The notes below the pieces were generated by a model. The model was not told the origin of the DNA and ran no database searches. It saw only the letters and a program-made list of their open reading frames with translations. Shown in pieces: positions 8,634-18,312 of a stretch of 64,000 bases of DNA. This stretch comes from Dehalococcoidia bacterium (GTDB lineage: Bacteria; Chloroflexota; Dehalococcoidia; Dehalococcoidales; UBA3254), in NCBI GenBank assembly GCA_025361145.1, contig JANYAV010000014.1, positions 5,658 to 69,657 of the forward strand, given 5' to 3'. Each line of letters starts with the position of its first letter. The first letter of the stretch is position 1. The translations under genes and the position numbers were made by a program.

Positions 8634-10169
8634 TTGAATTATGATCTTCGTCCTTATCAAGATAAAATAGCCCGGGCCATCCTCAATAGCATTTTTTATC
8701 ATAAGGGACTGACCTTTTCTGTCGAGATCGCCCGTCAGGGCGGGAAAAATGAGCTCTCCTCTCACCTTGAAAGGTTTCTTCTTACTATAAATATTAACAA
8801 CCCTTTGCAGCTGGTGAAATGCTCTCCCACTTTCAAACCTCAAACCCTTATCTCCATGACTCGTTTAAAGGACCGTTTAAATGATATCGGCTTGTACGGC
8901 TGGACTTCTGAGTCTGGCTATATCATTCGGTTAGGTGAAGCTCGTGCTGTTTTTCTTTCCGCTGATGTCGGTTCGCATGTCGTCGGTAATACCGCCCATC
9001 TGTTGCTTGAGATCGATGAGTCTCAGGATGTGACTAAAGATAAATTTACCAAGGAATTCAAACCTATGGGGGCTTCCACTAATTGCACCGTGGTCCATTA
9101 CGGTACTACCTGGGACGACTCCACTCTTCTTGAAGAAGTTAAACAAACTAATCTGGAGTTAGAGAAAAAGGACGGCATTCAGCGCCACTTCCGTTATGAC
9201 TGGCAGGAAGTTGCTAAATATAACCTCGACTATCTCAACTATGTCGAATCAGAACGTCACCGTTTGGGCGAAAACCACCCCTTGTTTCTTACTCAGTACC
9301 GACTGCTTCCCATCCATGGCGGTGGCGGCTTTCTCAATTCCACACAAGTAACTCAAATTCTAGGCAATCACCCTCGATTGCACCACCCCGCTGACCGCAT
9401 TGTGCTAAATACTGGAACCCTTTCGTCTCCATTTTCCGAAACTAGAAGCTCGAAGCTCGAAGCTGGAAGCTCCAAGGTTTACGTTGCCGGTATTGATCTC
9501 GCCGGTGAAGCCGAAACTGGCGATGATATTTTCCTCAGAACCTTGAACCCGCGTCGTGATTCCACTGTAATCACCATCGCTGAACTGACAACTCAAGGTC
9601 TGACCTCGCCGTATGGCAGGTCAGACCCTGAGAAACCCTTCATAAATCCTGATTCAAATCCCTTATACCCTTTTCTAAATCAATCTCTTTGTATAAAGGT
9701 CGTCGAACACTATTCGTGGGTTGGGGCACGACACACCGACCTTTATCCTAAAATGGTCGATCTTTTAAAAAACGTCTGGCATTGTAAAAGGATCGTAGTG
9801 GATTCCACTGGTGTTGGTGAGCCGGTTGCCTCTTTTCTTCGAGGGGCTCTGGGCAGTCGGGTTGTCCCTTTTAAATTCACCGCTCGCTCTAAATCTGATT
9901 TGGGTTTTAATTTATTGGCCGCCATCAACTCCGGCCGATTAAAAATCTATGCCGCGGATGGTTCTCCTGAATATCAGGAAATGATGATGAATTTGACCAG
10001 AGCTAAGAGTGTTTATCGCCCTAATCAGACCCTTAACTTCTTTGTCGATCCCAGGGACGGACACGATGATTTCTTGATGAGTCTCGCTCTTGTCGTCGAA
10101 GCCGCCGGTCTCTACCAACCCCGTACCGCTAAAGGCAGCGGTACTTTTCTTGAATCTTGCGTACATTAA
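8634..10169 (+). CDS. Phage terminase large subunit
   Basis: LRPYQ adenine motif, ARQGGKNE Walker A, LLEIDESQD Walker B, and RNaseH-like nuclease motifs AGIDLAG / VVDSTGVG / HDDFLMSLAL. Confidence 0.85.
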   Translation: MNYDLRPYQDKIARAILNSIFYHKGLTFSVEIARQGGKNELSSHLERFLLTININNPLQLVKCSPTFKPQTLISMTRLKDRLNDIGLYGWTSESGYIIRLGEARAVFLSADVGSHVVGNTAHLLLEIDESQDVTKDKFTKEFKPMGASTNCTVVHYGTTWDDSTLLEEVKQTNLELEKKDGIQRHFRYDWQEVAKYNLDYLNYVESERHRLGENHPLFLTQYRLLPIHGGGGFLNSTQVTQILGNHPRLHHPADRIVLNTGTLSSPFSETRSSKLEAGSSKVYVAGIDLAGEAETGDDIFLRTLNPRRDSTVITIAELTTQGLTSPYGRSDPEKPFINPDSNPLYPFLNQSLCIKVVEHYSWVGARHTDLYPKMVDLLKNVWHCKRIVVDSTGVGEPVASFLRGALGSRVVPFKFTARSKSDLGFNLLAAINSGRLKIYAADGSPEYQEMMMNLTRAKSVYRPNQTLNFFVDPRDGHDDFLMSLALVVEAAGLYQPRTAKGSGTFLESCVH

Positions 10170-10572
10170 TAATTTTATAATTTTGACTTTTGACTCCTAA
10201 AGGTCGGACCTCGCAGTCCATTTGCCCAATGCAGGTCCGACCTTATGAAACCCCGGTTTCCTTTACCCGCTTGATTACTTTTAAGTTTTCGCAGATCTCG
10301 CATGCGTGAAACGCATCGGGATGACTTTTGACCTTTGCCTTTTAACTTCACCTTCACTCGCATCGGCTCGTCTACCACCCGTGACCCACTGGTTCCGACC
10401 CGATAACCACCCGTTCCCACTCGTTTGGGACTCGTTTCCACCCTTGTAAGTCACCATTTTAGCCTCAAATACCCAGGTTTAAACTGGCATTCCCCTTGAC
10501 TCGTTTCAAAAATAGCTCCTGTCTGAAGGTCGGTTCTTGCGCTCCATATCTCCTAACGCAAGGCCCGACCTT
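9596..10572. repeat. REP-like hairpin family AAGGTCGGACCT...AGGTCCGACCTT
   Basis: Copies at 9597-9627 (inside terL), 10200-10244 and 10526-10572; a related short hairpin at 7950-7968. Confidence 0.75.
10356..10443. repeat. Degenerate tandem array with a 10.5-bp period
   Basis: acYcg-type cores start at 10356, 10366, 10377, 10388, 10398, 10409, 10419, 10430 and 10440. Confidence 0.7.
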
Positions 10573-10834
10573 ATAGTCTCACAAGGTTTCATCCTGTTTT
10601 AAGACGCAACAGGTTTTAACCCTTTGCTTTAGAATATATAGCACTTCTTATTCTTCATTTTGTACCGAAGCTGCTGCCGGGACCGTCCCGTGGGTATAGA
10701 TTATTGATGCTATAATAGAATAAATTCAGGTTCCTTTGGGCAGTACCATAAAGTATTGGCCTGCGACTTGTGAATCAATGCCCGCTATGATAGTTAGGTA
10801 AGACCCTCCTCAAATCGCAAATTAATTATAGGAG

Positions 10835-13189
10835 ATGAAGATGACTCGTAAAATCGCTTTCCTGGCAGTGATAATTTTGGTGGCTATTACGCTTATTTTA
10901 AGTGCCTGCGGTGGCGGTAAAACCGATAATAACAGCCCTGCGAGCACAACACCTGGCGTAAGCACTGTCCCCCAGCGCGGCACAACGGGTACCATTACTA
11001 CAGGCAAAGCGGTTGAATCCAGTCCCATCCCGGTAACTCCCCAGGGAGGTAGTTTTACGCTCAACCAACCCGATAGTCCGATTAATGGTATGGTGCTGGG
11101 AGTGCCTGCCGGAGCTTATGCCAACAATCTGGAATTTAAAATTTCTTACGTTCCCATCAACAAGCATACCTTTGGTGAGAATTTTAACCCCCTGACGCCA
11201 CTGATAAAAATCGATAACGGCGGAGCTTACGCCGATGCAATCATGGAAGTTACCATACCGGTCACGGTGCCGGCTGACAGTTTTGCCATGGGCTTTATCT
11301 ACGACCAAAAAACTAAGACCTTGCAGGGTTTGCCCACGTTAGCCCAGACCCAGACCTCGATCACGGTGGGCACCCGGCATTTTACCGATTTTCTAATCAG
11401 TATGATTCCTCTCACTAAACTAAAGAGTGACATAGATTCAGGTTTTCGTCCAGGTATCGATGATTGGCAATTCACCAACCGCGGCTCCTACATTGCCAAA
11501 GGTGGTCATTGCGCCGGTCAAAGCGTGACTGCTCTCTGGTACTACGTCACTCAACCGGATGGGAAAGATCTGACATTGTACAATCGTTATGATAATAACG
11601 GAGATAAGCCGGCCACCCCAGCTTTATGGCAGGATGATTCCCTGGGGTACAGGTTTGCATCTACCGTCCATCATGATATCAACTGGGATAGCTTTGAAAA
11701 TGAATTCTGGACCAGCCTGGCCGGGGTAAATGACGATTGGACCTGGAAATTGTTCGCTTACTCTATGCAAATTACTGGAGAACCTCAGGAAGTGGGCATC
11801 TACAGCAACGCCGGCGGCGGCCATGATATGATCTGTTACCGGGTCAAAGACGGAAACCTGTATATAGCCGATCCTAATTATCCCGGTAATACCGAAAGGC
11901 GCATCGAATTTAAAGATGGCAAATTTGTGCCTTATAACTCGGGGGCAAATGCCGAAGAAATTGCTAAAGGCAACGGCAAAGCCTATGAAACAATCGAGTA
12001 TTGCGCCAAAACTACCACTGTAAGCTGGGATCAAATCGCCCAGCGCTGGGCTGAGTTTAAAGATGGTACTATTGGTGATGATAGTTTTCCTGCCGTAAGC
12101 ATTGCATATAAAGCCGCAGATGGCAATTTCACGCAGTTAACGGATGGCTTTATTTCTGCCGAGAAACTGATTGCGATTACCACATCTTCAGCGACGCCAG
12201 AAACAGGTTGTTATGTATTCCGCGATGGAGTGCAACTCAAATGGGATGCTAATGGCAATTACGAGCTGAATCCGGGCATCAATAAATTGGGTATATATAT
12301 CATCGCCTGGGTTGACGCTAAGGATAAGAACGGCAATCCGATTAAAGTTTCCAAATATATTGATTTCAAATATCTAAATGTAATTTACGGTGCGCTTACC
12401 ATAGATCCCCCGTCGCTGGATGGCGAACCTAATACCAATTACACTTTTACGGCCAAGATTGATGCTCCACCCGCTAATGCCGTTTACGATTGGTATTTTA
12501 ATGGCACACCACTACAGAAAGGGGCTTCAAAAACCCTGGCTAAGAGTTTCCCTGCCCCAGGATTCTACACGATCTCAGTGAAGCTATTGGACAGCACGGG
12601 AAAGGAAATATTGGAGGCTCAATCCAATATAAATATTCAGACCAAGAAGCCCAGTCAATTGTCTCAATTACAAAAATTCAACCGGGTTAACGGTCATGCC
12701 ACCGGAAAATATACTTATGAGACCTGGACGGCGGAGAAGACTTCAACTGAAGTGTACGGTTACAGCTTTGAGATACCCTGGAAGAACTATCCTCAGGATG
12801 GCCCTATGCCCATTACCTGGAGTGGTTCTACCTTTAGTGGGAAAATAGAATATAACAAAGACGGTAATATTTTTACCGCGGAAGTGAGCGGGAGTGTTTC
12901 TGAAGACGGCACCCTGATTAATTCCGTGACTTATAAAGATACTTACAAGAGCGGAGATCCAAGCACTTCACATTATGCTTTAGGTTATACGCACAGCCTT
13001 GCCTTCTCTAATCTTAAAATACTGCTCGTGGATTATGGCTATGCCCCCGCCCGCGGTACGACCACCCCGACGATAGTCGATGAAAAGATTGAGTATTATG
13101 ATGGGGCAGTTTCAAAAACAGTCAAATTTAAATCGCTGGAATGGACTTCTAGCGCGACCTGCGAATTACGTCTCAGCTATGCCCCATAG
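10835..13189 (+). CDS. Large lipoprotein with a candidate papain-like domain and a PKD-like domain
   Basis: Signal peptide with LSAC lipobox and Thr/Pro linker. GHCAGQS / GHDMICY / YIADPNY triad pattern. Y.W.F..F..PG.YTI PKD-like segment. Confidence 0.7.
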   Translation: MKMTRKIAFLAVIILVAITLILSACGGGKTDNNSPASTTPGVSTVPQRGTTGTITTGKAVESSPIPVTPQGGSFTLNQPDSPINGMVLGVPAGAYANNLEFKISYVPINKHTFGENFNPLTPLIKIDNGGAYADAIMEVTIPVTVPADSFAMGFIYDQKTKTLQGLPTLAQTQTSITVGTRHFTDFLISMIPLTKLKSDIDSGFRPGIDDWQFTNRGSYIAKGGHCAGQSVTALWYYVTQPDGKDLTLYNRYDNNGDKPATPALWQDDSLGYRFASTVHHDINWDSFENEFWTSLAGVNDDWTWKLFAYSMQITGEPQEVGIYSNAGGGHDMICYRVKDGNLYIADPNYPGNTERRIEFKDGKFVPYNSGANAEEIAKGNGKAYETIEYCAKTTTVSWDQIAQRWAEFKDGTIGDDSFPAVSIAYKAADGNFTQLTDGFISAEKLIAITTSSATPETGCYVFRDGVQLKWDANGNYELNPGINKLGIYIIAWVDAKDKNGNPIKVSKYIDFKYLNVIYGALTIDPPSLDGEPNTNYTFTAKIDAPPANAVYDWYFNGTPLQKGASKTLAKSFPAPGFYTISVKLLDSTGKEILEAQSNINIQTKKPSQLSQLQKFNRVNGHATGKYTYETWTAEKTSTEVYGYSFEIPWKNYPQDGPMPITWSGSTFSGKIEYNKDGNIFTAEVSGSVSEDGTLINSVTYKDTYKSGDPSTSHYALGYTHSLAFSNLKILLVDYGYAPARGTTTPTIVDEKIEYYDGAVSKTVKFKSLEWTSSATCELRLSYAP

Positions 13190-13207
13190 AATAAAATGGT
13201 TAAGAGT

Positions 13208-13240
13208 AAGCCCCCGGATCTTGATAACGCCGGGGGTTTA
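13208..13240 (+). terminator. Intrinsic terminator
   Basis: cccccgg...ccggggg followed by ttta, after the lipoprotein stop. Confidence 0.65.
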
Positions 13241-13321
13241 TCTGAATTAGATAGCCTCTTGTATTTTGATACGGTCGTAAAATTTCTTGAATTAAATCCG
13301 CTATCCAGTTATTCTTACACT

Positions 13322-14578
13322 ATGTCTCAAAAATACCATATCTGGACCATTGGCTGCCAGATGAATAAAGCTGAGTCCGAACGGCTATCCTCTTATCTGG
13401 ATTACCTGGGTTATCAGTCTTCAGAAAAACCGGATGAGGCCGACCTTATTGTATTGAATAGCTGCGTGGTGCGGCAGGCCGCGGAAAACCGCGTGGTTAA
13501 TAAATTGCATACCCTTAAAAATATCAAGAAGAGCCGGCCTGAGGTTAAGCTGGCCGTAACTGGCTGTCTGGTAGAATCAGATACAACTCGCTTGAAAAAG
13601 GCTTTTCCCTTTGTGGACTATTTTTTTGCCGCGGGTAGCTTCCCGGAATTTTTAGGCGAGTACCATGTAGAGAAAATGCTGCCTCGTTCCCCGCTGGTGG
13701 CTTCCTACGTTCCTATCATGCAGGGCTGCAATAACTTTTGCGCCTACTGCATCGTACCTTACCGCCGCGGCCGCGAACGCAGCCGTCCTCTGGCGGAAAT
13801 AGTGCAAGAAGTAAGCGGACTAATCGAGCGCGGCATGAAAGAAGTTACTCTGCTGGGCCAAAATGTAGATTCTTACGGTCATGACCTGACGGACAAGCCG
13901 GATCTGGCCGATTTGTTAACCGTGTTGAACCCGATCGAGGGGCTTTGGCGTATCCGCTTTTTAACCAATCATCCCAAGGACATGAAAGATAAATTGCTTG
14001 AGGCAATCGCCGGACTGAACAAGGTCTGTGAGCAGATCAACCTGCCGGTGCAAGCTGGTGACGATAATATATTGAAAGCCATGCGCCGGGGATATACGGT
14101 AGAGCATTATACTGAGCTGATCGCCCGCATCAGGAGTAAAGTACCCGGAATTGCCCTGAGTACCGATCTGATAGTAGGCTTTCCAGGCGAAACACAAGCC
14201 CAATTTGAAAATTCCTTCCAGTTGCTTTCCCAACTAAAGTTCGACATGGTGCATGTGGCCGCCTATTCTCCCCGCAGCGGCACCCTGGCTGCCAGCGAGA
14301 TGACGGACGACGTTTCTCCAGAAGTTAAAAAATCACGGGTAGCAGCAGTGGAAAAACTGCAGGCGCAAATCGCCGGGGATATCAACGCCAAATTGTTGAA
14401 TACGAGTGTGGAAGTTCTAGTTGAAGGACAGGAAAAAGGACGCTGGTTCGGCCGTACCCGTACGGACAAACTCGTCTTTTTCAGGGACGAGGCCGATCAC
14501 CAATCTAAACTGGTAAAGATTCAAATTAACCGCACCAGCCCATGGTCACTCTCGGGAGTAATAGAGGCAGCAGGATAA
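13322..14578 (+). CDS. miaB: tRNA-2-methylthio-N6-dimethylallyladenosine synthase
   Basis: TIGCQMN UPF0004 domain, CNNFCAYC radical SAM motif, TRAM domain with GRTRTDK. Start set at ATG 13322. Confidence 0.93.
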   Translation: MSQKYHIWTIGCQMNKAESERLSSYLDYLGYQSSEKPDEADLIVLNSCVVRQAAENRVVNKLHTLKNIKKSRPEVKLAVTGCLVESDTTRLKKAFPFVDYFFAAGSFPEFLGEYHVEKMLPRSPLVASYVPIMQGCNNFCAYCIVPYRRGRERSRPLAEIVQEVSGLIERGMKEVTLLGQNVDSYGHDLTDKPDLADLLTVLNPIEGLWRIRFLTNHPKDMKDKLLEAIAGLNKVCEQINLPVQAGDDNILKAMRRGYTVEHYTELIARIRSKVPGIALSTDLIVGFPGETQAQFENSFQLLSQLKFDMVHVAAYSPRSGTLAASEMTDDVSPEVKKSRVAAVEKLQAQIAGDINAKLLNTSVEVLVEGQEKGRWFGRTRTDKLVFFRDEADHQSKLVKIQINRTSPWSLSGVIEAAG

Positions 14579-14766
14579 CGATAAAGTATCGTTTTTATAC
14601 AGCTTCATAGATTGTCAATATTAAGGCGATAATTAGAGTTTGACAATCCTAACTCATATATATAAAATAGCAAAAGATATTACTTTCCGGTTGACATTTA
14701 GACACTGTTCCAGAGACCTTCCTTTACATCTGTATTAAAATAAGACACTTTGTCCAGGATGGTGCA

Positions 14767-15894
14767 ATGAAACTATTTGAGTATGAAGCCAAGTCCATAT
14801 TGCAGAATTATGGAATCAGTATCCCCAGGGGCAAAGTAGCCCAAACCCCAGAAGCAGCAGCGGCTATCGCGCAAGAATTAGGCAGCAAGGTCTTTCTTAA
14901 ATCCCAGATCACAGTTTCCGGACGGGGCAAAGCCGGAGGAATTTTAGCGGCTGCCAATCCCACGGAAGCCGCGACAGTGGCCGCCAGTCTGATCGGCAAA
15001 ATCATTAAAGGCATACAGGTTCATACCCTTCTGGTGGAAGAAAGGCTGGATCTTAAAGAACAGTATTATGCCTCTATTACGGTCGACCGCCAGGCCAAAT
15101 GCTTTGTAGCCCTGGCTTCAACCAGCGGAGGTGTGGATATTGAAGACGTAGCCAAAAACACCCCAGAAAAGATCTCCCGTTTGAAAATCGATCCTTTGAT
15201 AGGTTTAAGCCAGGCAGCAGCCCTAAAAATGCTTGAACAATTCAAGTTGTCACAGGAAGACGCTGCTATATTTGCCCGTATATTAGTTATCTTATATAAA
15301 GCCGCTATCGAAAAGGACGCTGAACTGGTTGAGCTAAATCCTCTTGTGAAGACAGCACAAGGCGCTTTCATGGCCGCAGATGCCCGTATGACGATTGACG
15401 ACAATGCCATGTTCCGCCACCCCGAATTCGCGGAAAGGTCCTTAAAACAGGAAGAAGATACCCCCCGCGAGGCCGAAGCCCGCAAACAACATTATTCTTA
15501 TGTTGATCTTGACGGGGATATCGGCATCGTCGGCAATGGCGCCGGACTGGTGATGTCAACGATTGATTTTGTGCAGATTTTCGGCGGTAAACCAGCCAAT
15601 TTCCTGGATATAGGCGGTGGAGCTCATGTCGAGGTGATCAAGAAGGGTATCCTGCTTGTAATGAATAAACCGGAGGTCAAGGCTGTCTTAATCAATATTT
15701 TAGGCGGAATTACCCGCTGCGATGTAGTAGCTACGGGTGTGGTGGAAGCCCTCAAAGCCGCTCCGGTTAAGAAACCCATCGCCGTTAGAATGATAGGGAC
15801 AAATGAAAAGGAAGGCCAGGAAATCCTGCGCCAGCACGGCATAGAATTTTATCGGGACATGGATAAGGCCGTAGCGTCGATTATAAAGGCGTAG
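14767..15894 (+). CDS. sucC: Succinyl-CoA synthetase beta subunit
   Basis: LFEYEAK, GRGKAGG, ELNPL, GNGAGL, NFLDIGGG, GGITRCD. Confidence 0.93.
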   Translation: MKLFEYEAKSILQNYGISIPRGKVAQTPEAAAAIAQELGSKVFLKSQITVSGRGKAGGILAAANPTEAATVAASLIGKIIKGIQVHTLLVEERLDLKEQYYASITVDRQAKCFVALASTSGGVDIEDVAKNTPEKISRLKIDPLIGLSQAAALKMLEQFKLSQEDAAIFARILVILYKAAIEKDAELVELNPLVKTAQGAFMAADARMTIDDNAMFRHPEFAERSLKQEEDTPREAEARKQHYSYVDLDGDIGIVGNGAGLVMSTIDFVQIFGGKPANFLDIGGGAHVEVIKKGILLVMNKPEVKAVLINILGGITRCDVVATGVVEALKAAPVKKPIAVRMIGTNEKEGQEILRQHGIEFYRDMDKAVASIIKA

Positions 15895-16019
15895 AATGAA
15901 GTCAAAAGTTAAAACGCAAAGGTCAAAAGTTAAATTCAAAAGGTAAAAGTAAGAACGACATAAATTACACGTAGCGAAATTCTAGATTTATATAACTAAT
16001 TTGAGTTTGGGGAATAATA

Positions 16020-16889
16020 ATGAGCATTATTGTAAATAAGGACACCAGGGTTGTAGTCCGAGGGATTACGGGCAACCAGGGGCGTTTTCATACTGCCTCC
16101 ATGAAAGCTTACGGGACTAAACTCGTGGCTGGTGTTACTCCTGCTAAAGGTGGACAGGAAGTGGAAGGCATACCGGTTTTTAACAACATGCGAGACGCCA
16201 TCGCAAAGACCGGTGCGAATACCTCCATCATGTTTGTCCCGGCCCGTTTTACTAAAGAAGCCGTCCTGGAAGATATCGAAACCGGCATCAAAACCATAGT
16301 TATTATCACTGAAGGCGTTCCTCTAGTGGACGAGATCGAGTTTGTCGCCCAAGCTAAAAAGAAAGGGGTAACCATCATCGGCCCCAACTGCCCGGGTATT
16401 ATCAATCCGTTACTAAAAATTAAAGTGGGTATTTTACCCGACCAGCTTTTCTCTCCCGGGCCAATCGGCATTGTTTCCCGCAGCGGCACCCTGACATACG
16501 AAATCGCTAACTTTCTTTCCAAAGCGGGAGCTGGTCAGAGCACCTGCATAGGCATGGGTGGAGATCCGATCATAGGGCTGGATTTCGTAACTCTGCTTGA
16601 GATGTTCAGAAAAGATGATGAAACCAAAGCAGTGGTACTTATTGGCGAGATAGGCGGCAATGCTGAAGAAATGGCCGCCCAATATATAAAAGAAACCAAC
16701 TATCCTAAACAAGTGGTGGCTTACATCGCCGGCAGAATGGCGCCCAAAGGCAAACGCATGGGTCATGCAGGTGCAATAATTATGGGCGAGGCGGGGACCG
16801 CAGCCTCAAAAATAGAGGCTTATGCTGCGGCGGGTGTAATCGTGTCTGAAAAGCTCAGCGACATCGTTAAATTAGTGAACATAAAATAG
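16020..16889 (+). CDS. sucD: Succinyl-CoA synthetase alpha subunit
   Basis: GITG..G, GPNCPG, SRSGTLTYE, and RMGHAGA with the phospho-His. Confidence 0.95.
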   Translation: MSIIVNKDTRVVVRGITGNQGRFHTASMKAYGTKLVAGVTPAKGGQEVEGIPVFNNMRDAIAKTGANTSIMFVPARFTKEAVLEDIETGIKTIVIITEGVPLVDEIEFVAQAKKKGVTIIGPNCPGIINPLLKIKVGILPDQLFSPGPIGIVSRSGTLTYEIANFLSKAGAGQSTCIGMGGDPIIGLDFVTLLEMFRKDDETKAVVLIGEIGGNAEEMAAQYIKETNYPKQVVAYIAGRMAPKGKRMGHAGAIIMGEAGTAASKIEAYAAAGVIVSEKLSDIVKLVNIK

Positions 16890-16911
16890 ACATATATTTA
16901 AGGAGATTAAC

Positions 16912-18270
16912 GTGGCACAGAAAAAAATGACCAAAGAGGAATTAGTGGCTAAAGCCCAAAAACCGGGCCAGGACGCCATGATTCTTCACCCCTTTTATCG
17001 CGGCAAGATGCAAACTGTTCCCAAATGCTGCATCCGCGACATAAACGACATGTCTGTCTGGTATTCCCCCGGCGTAGCCGCACCCTGCAAGGCTATTCAA
17101 GCCGATCCTCTCAAGGTCTATGACATGACCAGCAAGTGGAATACGGTGGCCGTGGTTTCAGATGGCACCCGTGTTCTAGGACTGGGTGATATCGGCCCTG
17201 AAGCGGCATTACCGGTCATGGAAGGCAAGGCACTGCTCTTTAAATATCTGGGTGGAGTGGACGCAGTGGCAATCTGCCTGGATACCAAAGACCCCGACGA
17301 AATCATCCGCACTGTCAAGCTTTTACAGCCGTCCTTTGGCGGTATTAACCTGGAAGATATCAACAATCCCAAATGCTTTTACATCCTGGATCGGCTGCGC
17401 AAAGAAGCCCGCATTCCAGTTTGGCATGACGATCAACAGGGTACCGCAGCCATCACCCTGGCCGGTATTATTAATGCCTTGAAAGTCGTCGGCAAGAACA
17501 AAAAGAACGTTAAAGTTTGTAATATCGGCGTGGGCGCCGCTAACGTCGCCATTATCCGCTTGATGGAAGCTGACGGCTTTAAACCCGAGAACATGATCTT
17601 GGTGGACAGCAAAGGCATCTTGAGCAGTAAGAGAAAAGATATCGAAGCCCAGCAGAAAGAAAATCCTTATAAATGGGATTTGGCCAAACGTACCAATCCT
17701 GAGAATAGGGAAGGCGGTATCGAGGAAGCCTTAAAGGGTGCTGATATCTGCATCTCCCTGTCTAAATCTGGACCTGACACCATTAAACCCGAATGGCTGA
17801 AGGGCATGAATAAAGATGGCATCGGCTTCTTCTGCGCCAATCCTGTACCGGAAATCTGGCCCTGGGACGCCAAAGAAGCGGGACTGCGCATCGTGGCTAC
17901 CGGTCGTTCTGATTTCGAGAACCAGGTCAACAACTCGGTTGGTTTCCCCGGCATCTTCAGAGGAGCGCTGGATGTGCGCGCGACCACTATTACCGATGAA
18001 ATGTGCATTGCGGCCTCTTATGAAATGGCCAAATTCGCCGAGAAAGGCGGTTTAAGCGAGACTCACATTGTTCCTACCATGGCTGACTTCGATGTCTACA
18101 TCGATGAAGCGGTCGCGGTGGGTATGAAAGCTATTGAACAGGGCGTGGCCCTGAAACCCATGTCCCGTGAAGAACTTTACAAAACCTGCTCAACTATTAT
18201 CAGACAGTCTCACGAGACGATAGACCTCTTATTGAAAAATGTAATTCCTCCTCCCCCAGCTGGCGTATAA
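16912..18270 (+). CDS. NAD(P)-dependent malic enzyme
   Basis: YSPGVA, DGTRVLGLG, MEGKA, NLEDI, HDDQQGTA, ANPVPEI, NQVNN. Confidence 0.93.
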   Translation: MAQKKMTKEELVAKAQKPGQDAMILHPFYRGKMQTVPKCCIRDINDMSVWYSPGVAAPCKAIQADPLKVYDMTSKWNTVAVVSDGTRVLGLGDIGPEAALPVMEGKALLFKYLGGVDAVAICLDTKDPDEIIRTVKLLQPSFGGINLEDINNPKCFYILDRLRKEARIPVWHDDQQGTAAITLAGIINALKVVGKNKKNVKVCNIGVGAANVAIIRLMEADGFKPENMILVDSKGILSSKRKDIEAQQKENPYKWDLAKRTNPENREGGIEEALKGADICISLSKSGPDTIKPEWLKGMNKDGIGFFCANPVPEIWPWDAKEAGLRIVATGRSDFENQVNNSVGFPGIFRGALDVRATTITDEMCIAASYEMAKFAEKGGLSETHIVPTMADFDVYIDEAVAVGMKAIEQGVALKPMSREELYKTCSTIIRQSHETIDLLLKNVIPPPPAGV

Positions 18271-18312
18271 TAATTTCATTTAATGTGGTAAAACTGCCTG
18301 AAAGGAGAAAAC

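Noticed and set aside
10175-10441. 88-aa minus-strand ORF
   Set aside because: It is composed of heptamer, hairpin and phased repeats and is probably not a real protein. Kept only as an alternative explanation for the array.
2500-10600. CRISPR array or integron attC sites
   Set aside because: The repeats lack constant-length repeat/spacer alternation and attC structure. No cas or intI genes are present.
1749-13190. Intact prophage or integrative element at tRNA-Ser
   Set aside because: No integrase, no structural genes and no duplicated tRNA 3' end were found. The accessory patch lies on the 5' side of the tRNA.
13196-13321. N-terminal extension of MiaB in the ORF track
   Set aside because: It overlaps the lipoprotein terminator; MiaB homology begins at ATG 13322.
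14610-14648. Inverted repeat gattgtcaa-N21-ttgacaatc upstream of sucC
   Set aside because: It overlaps a TTGACA -35 element and cannot be assigned to a regulator; it may be incidental.
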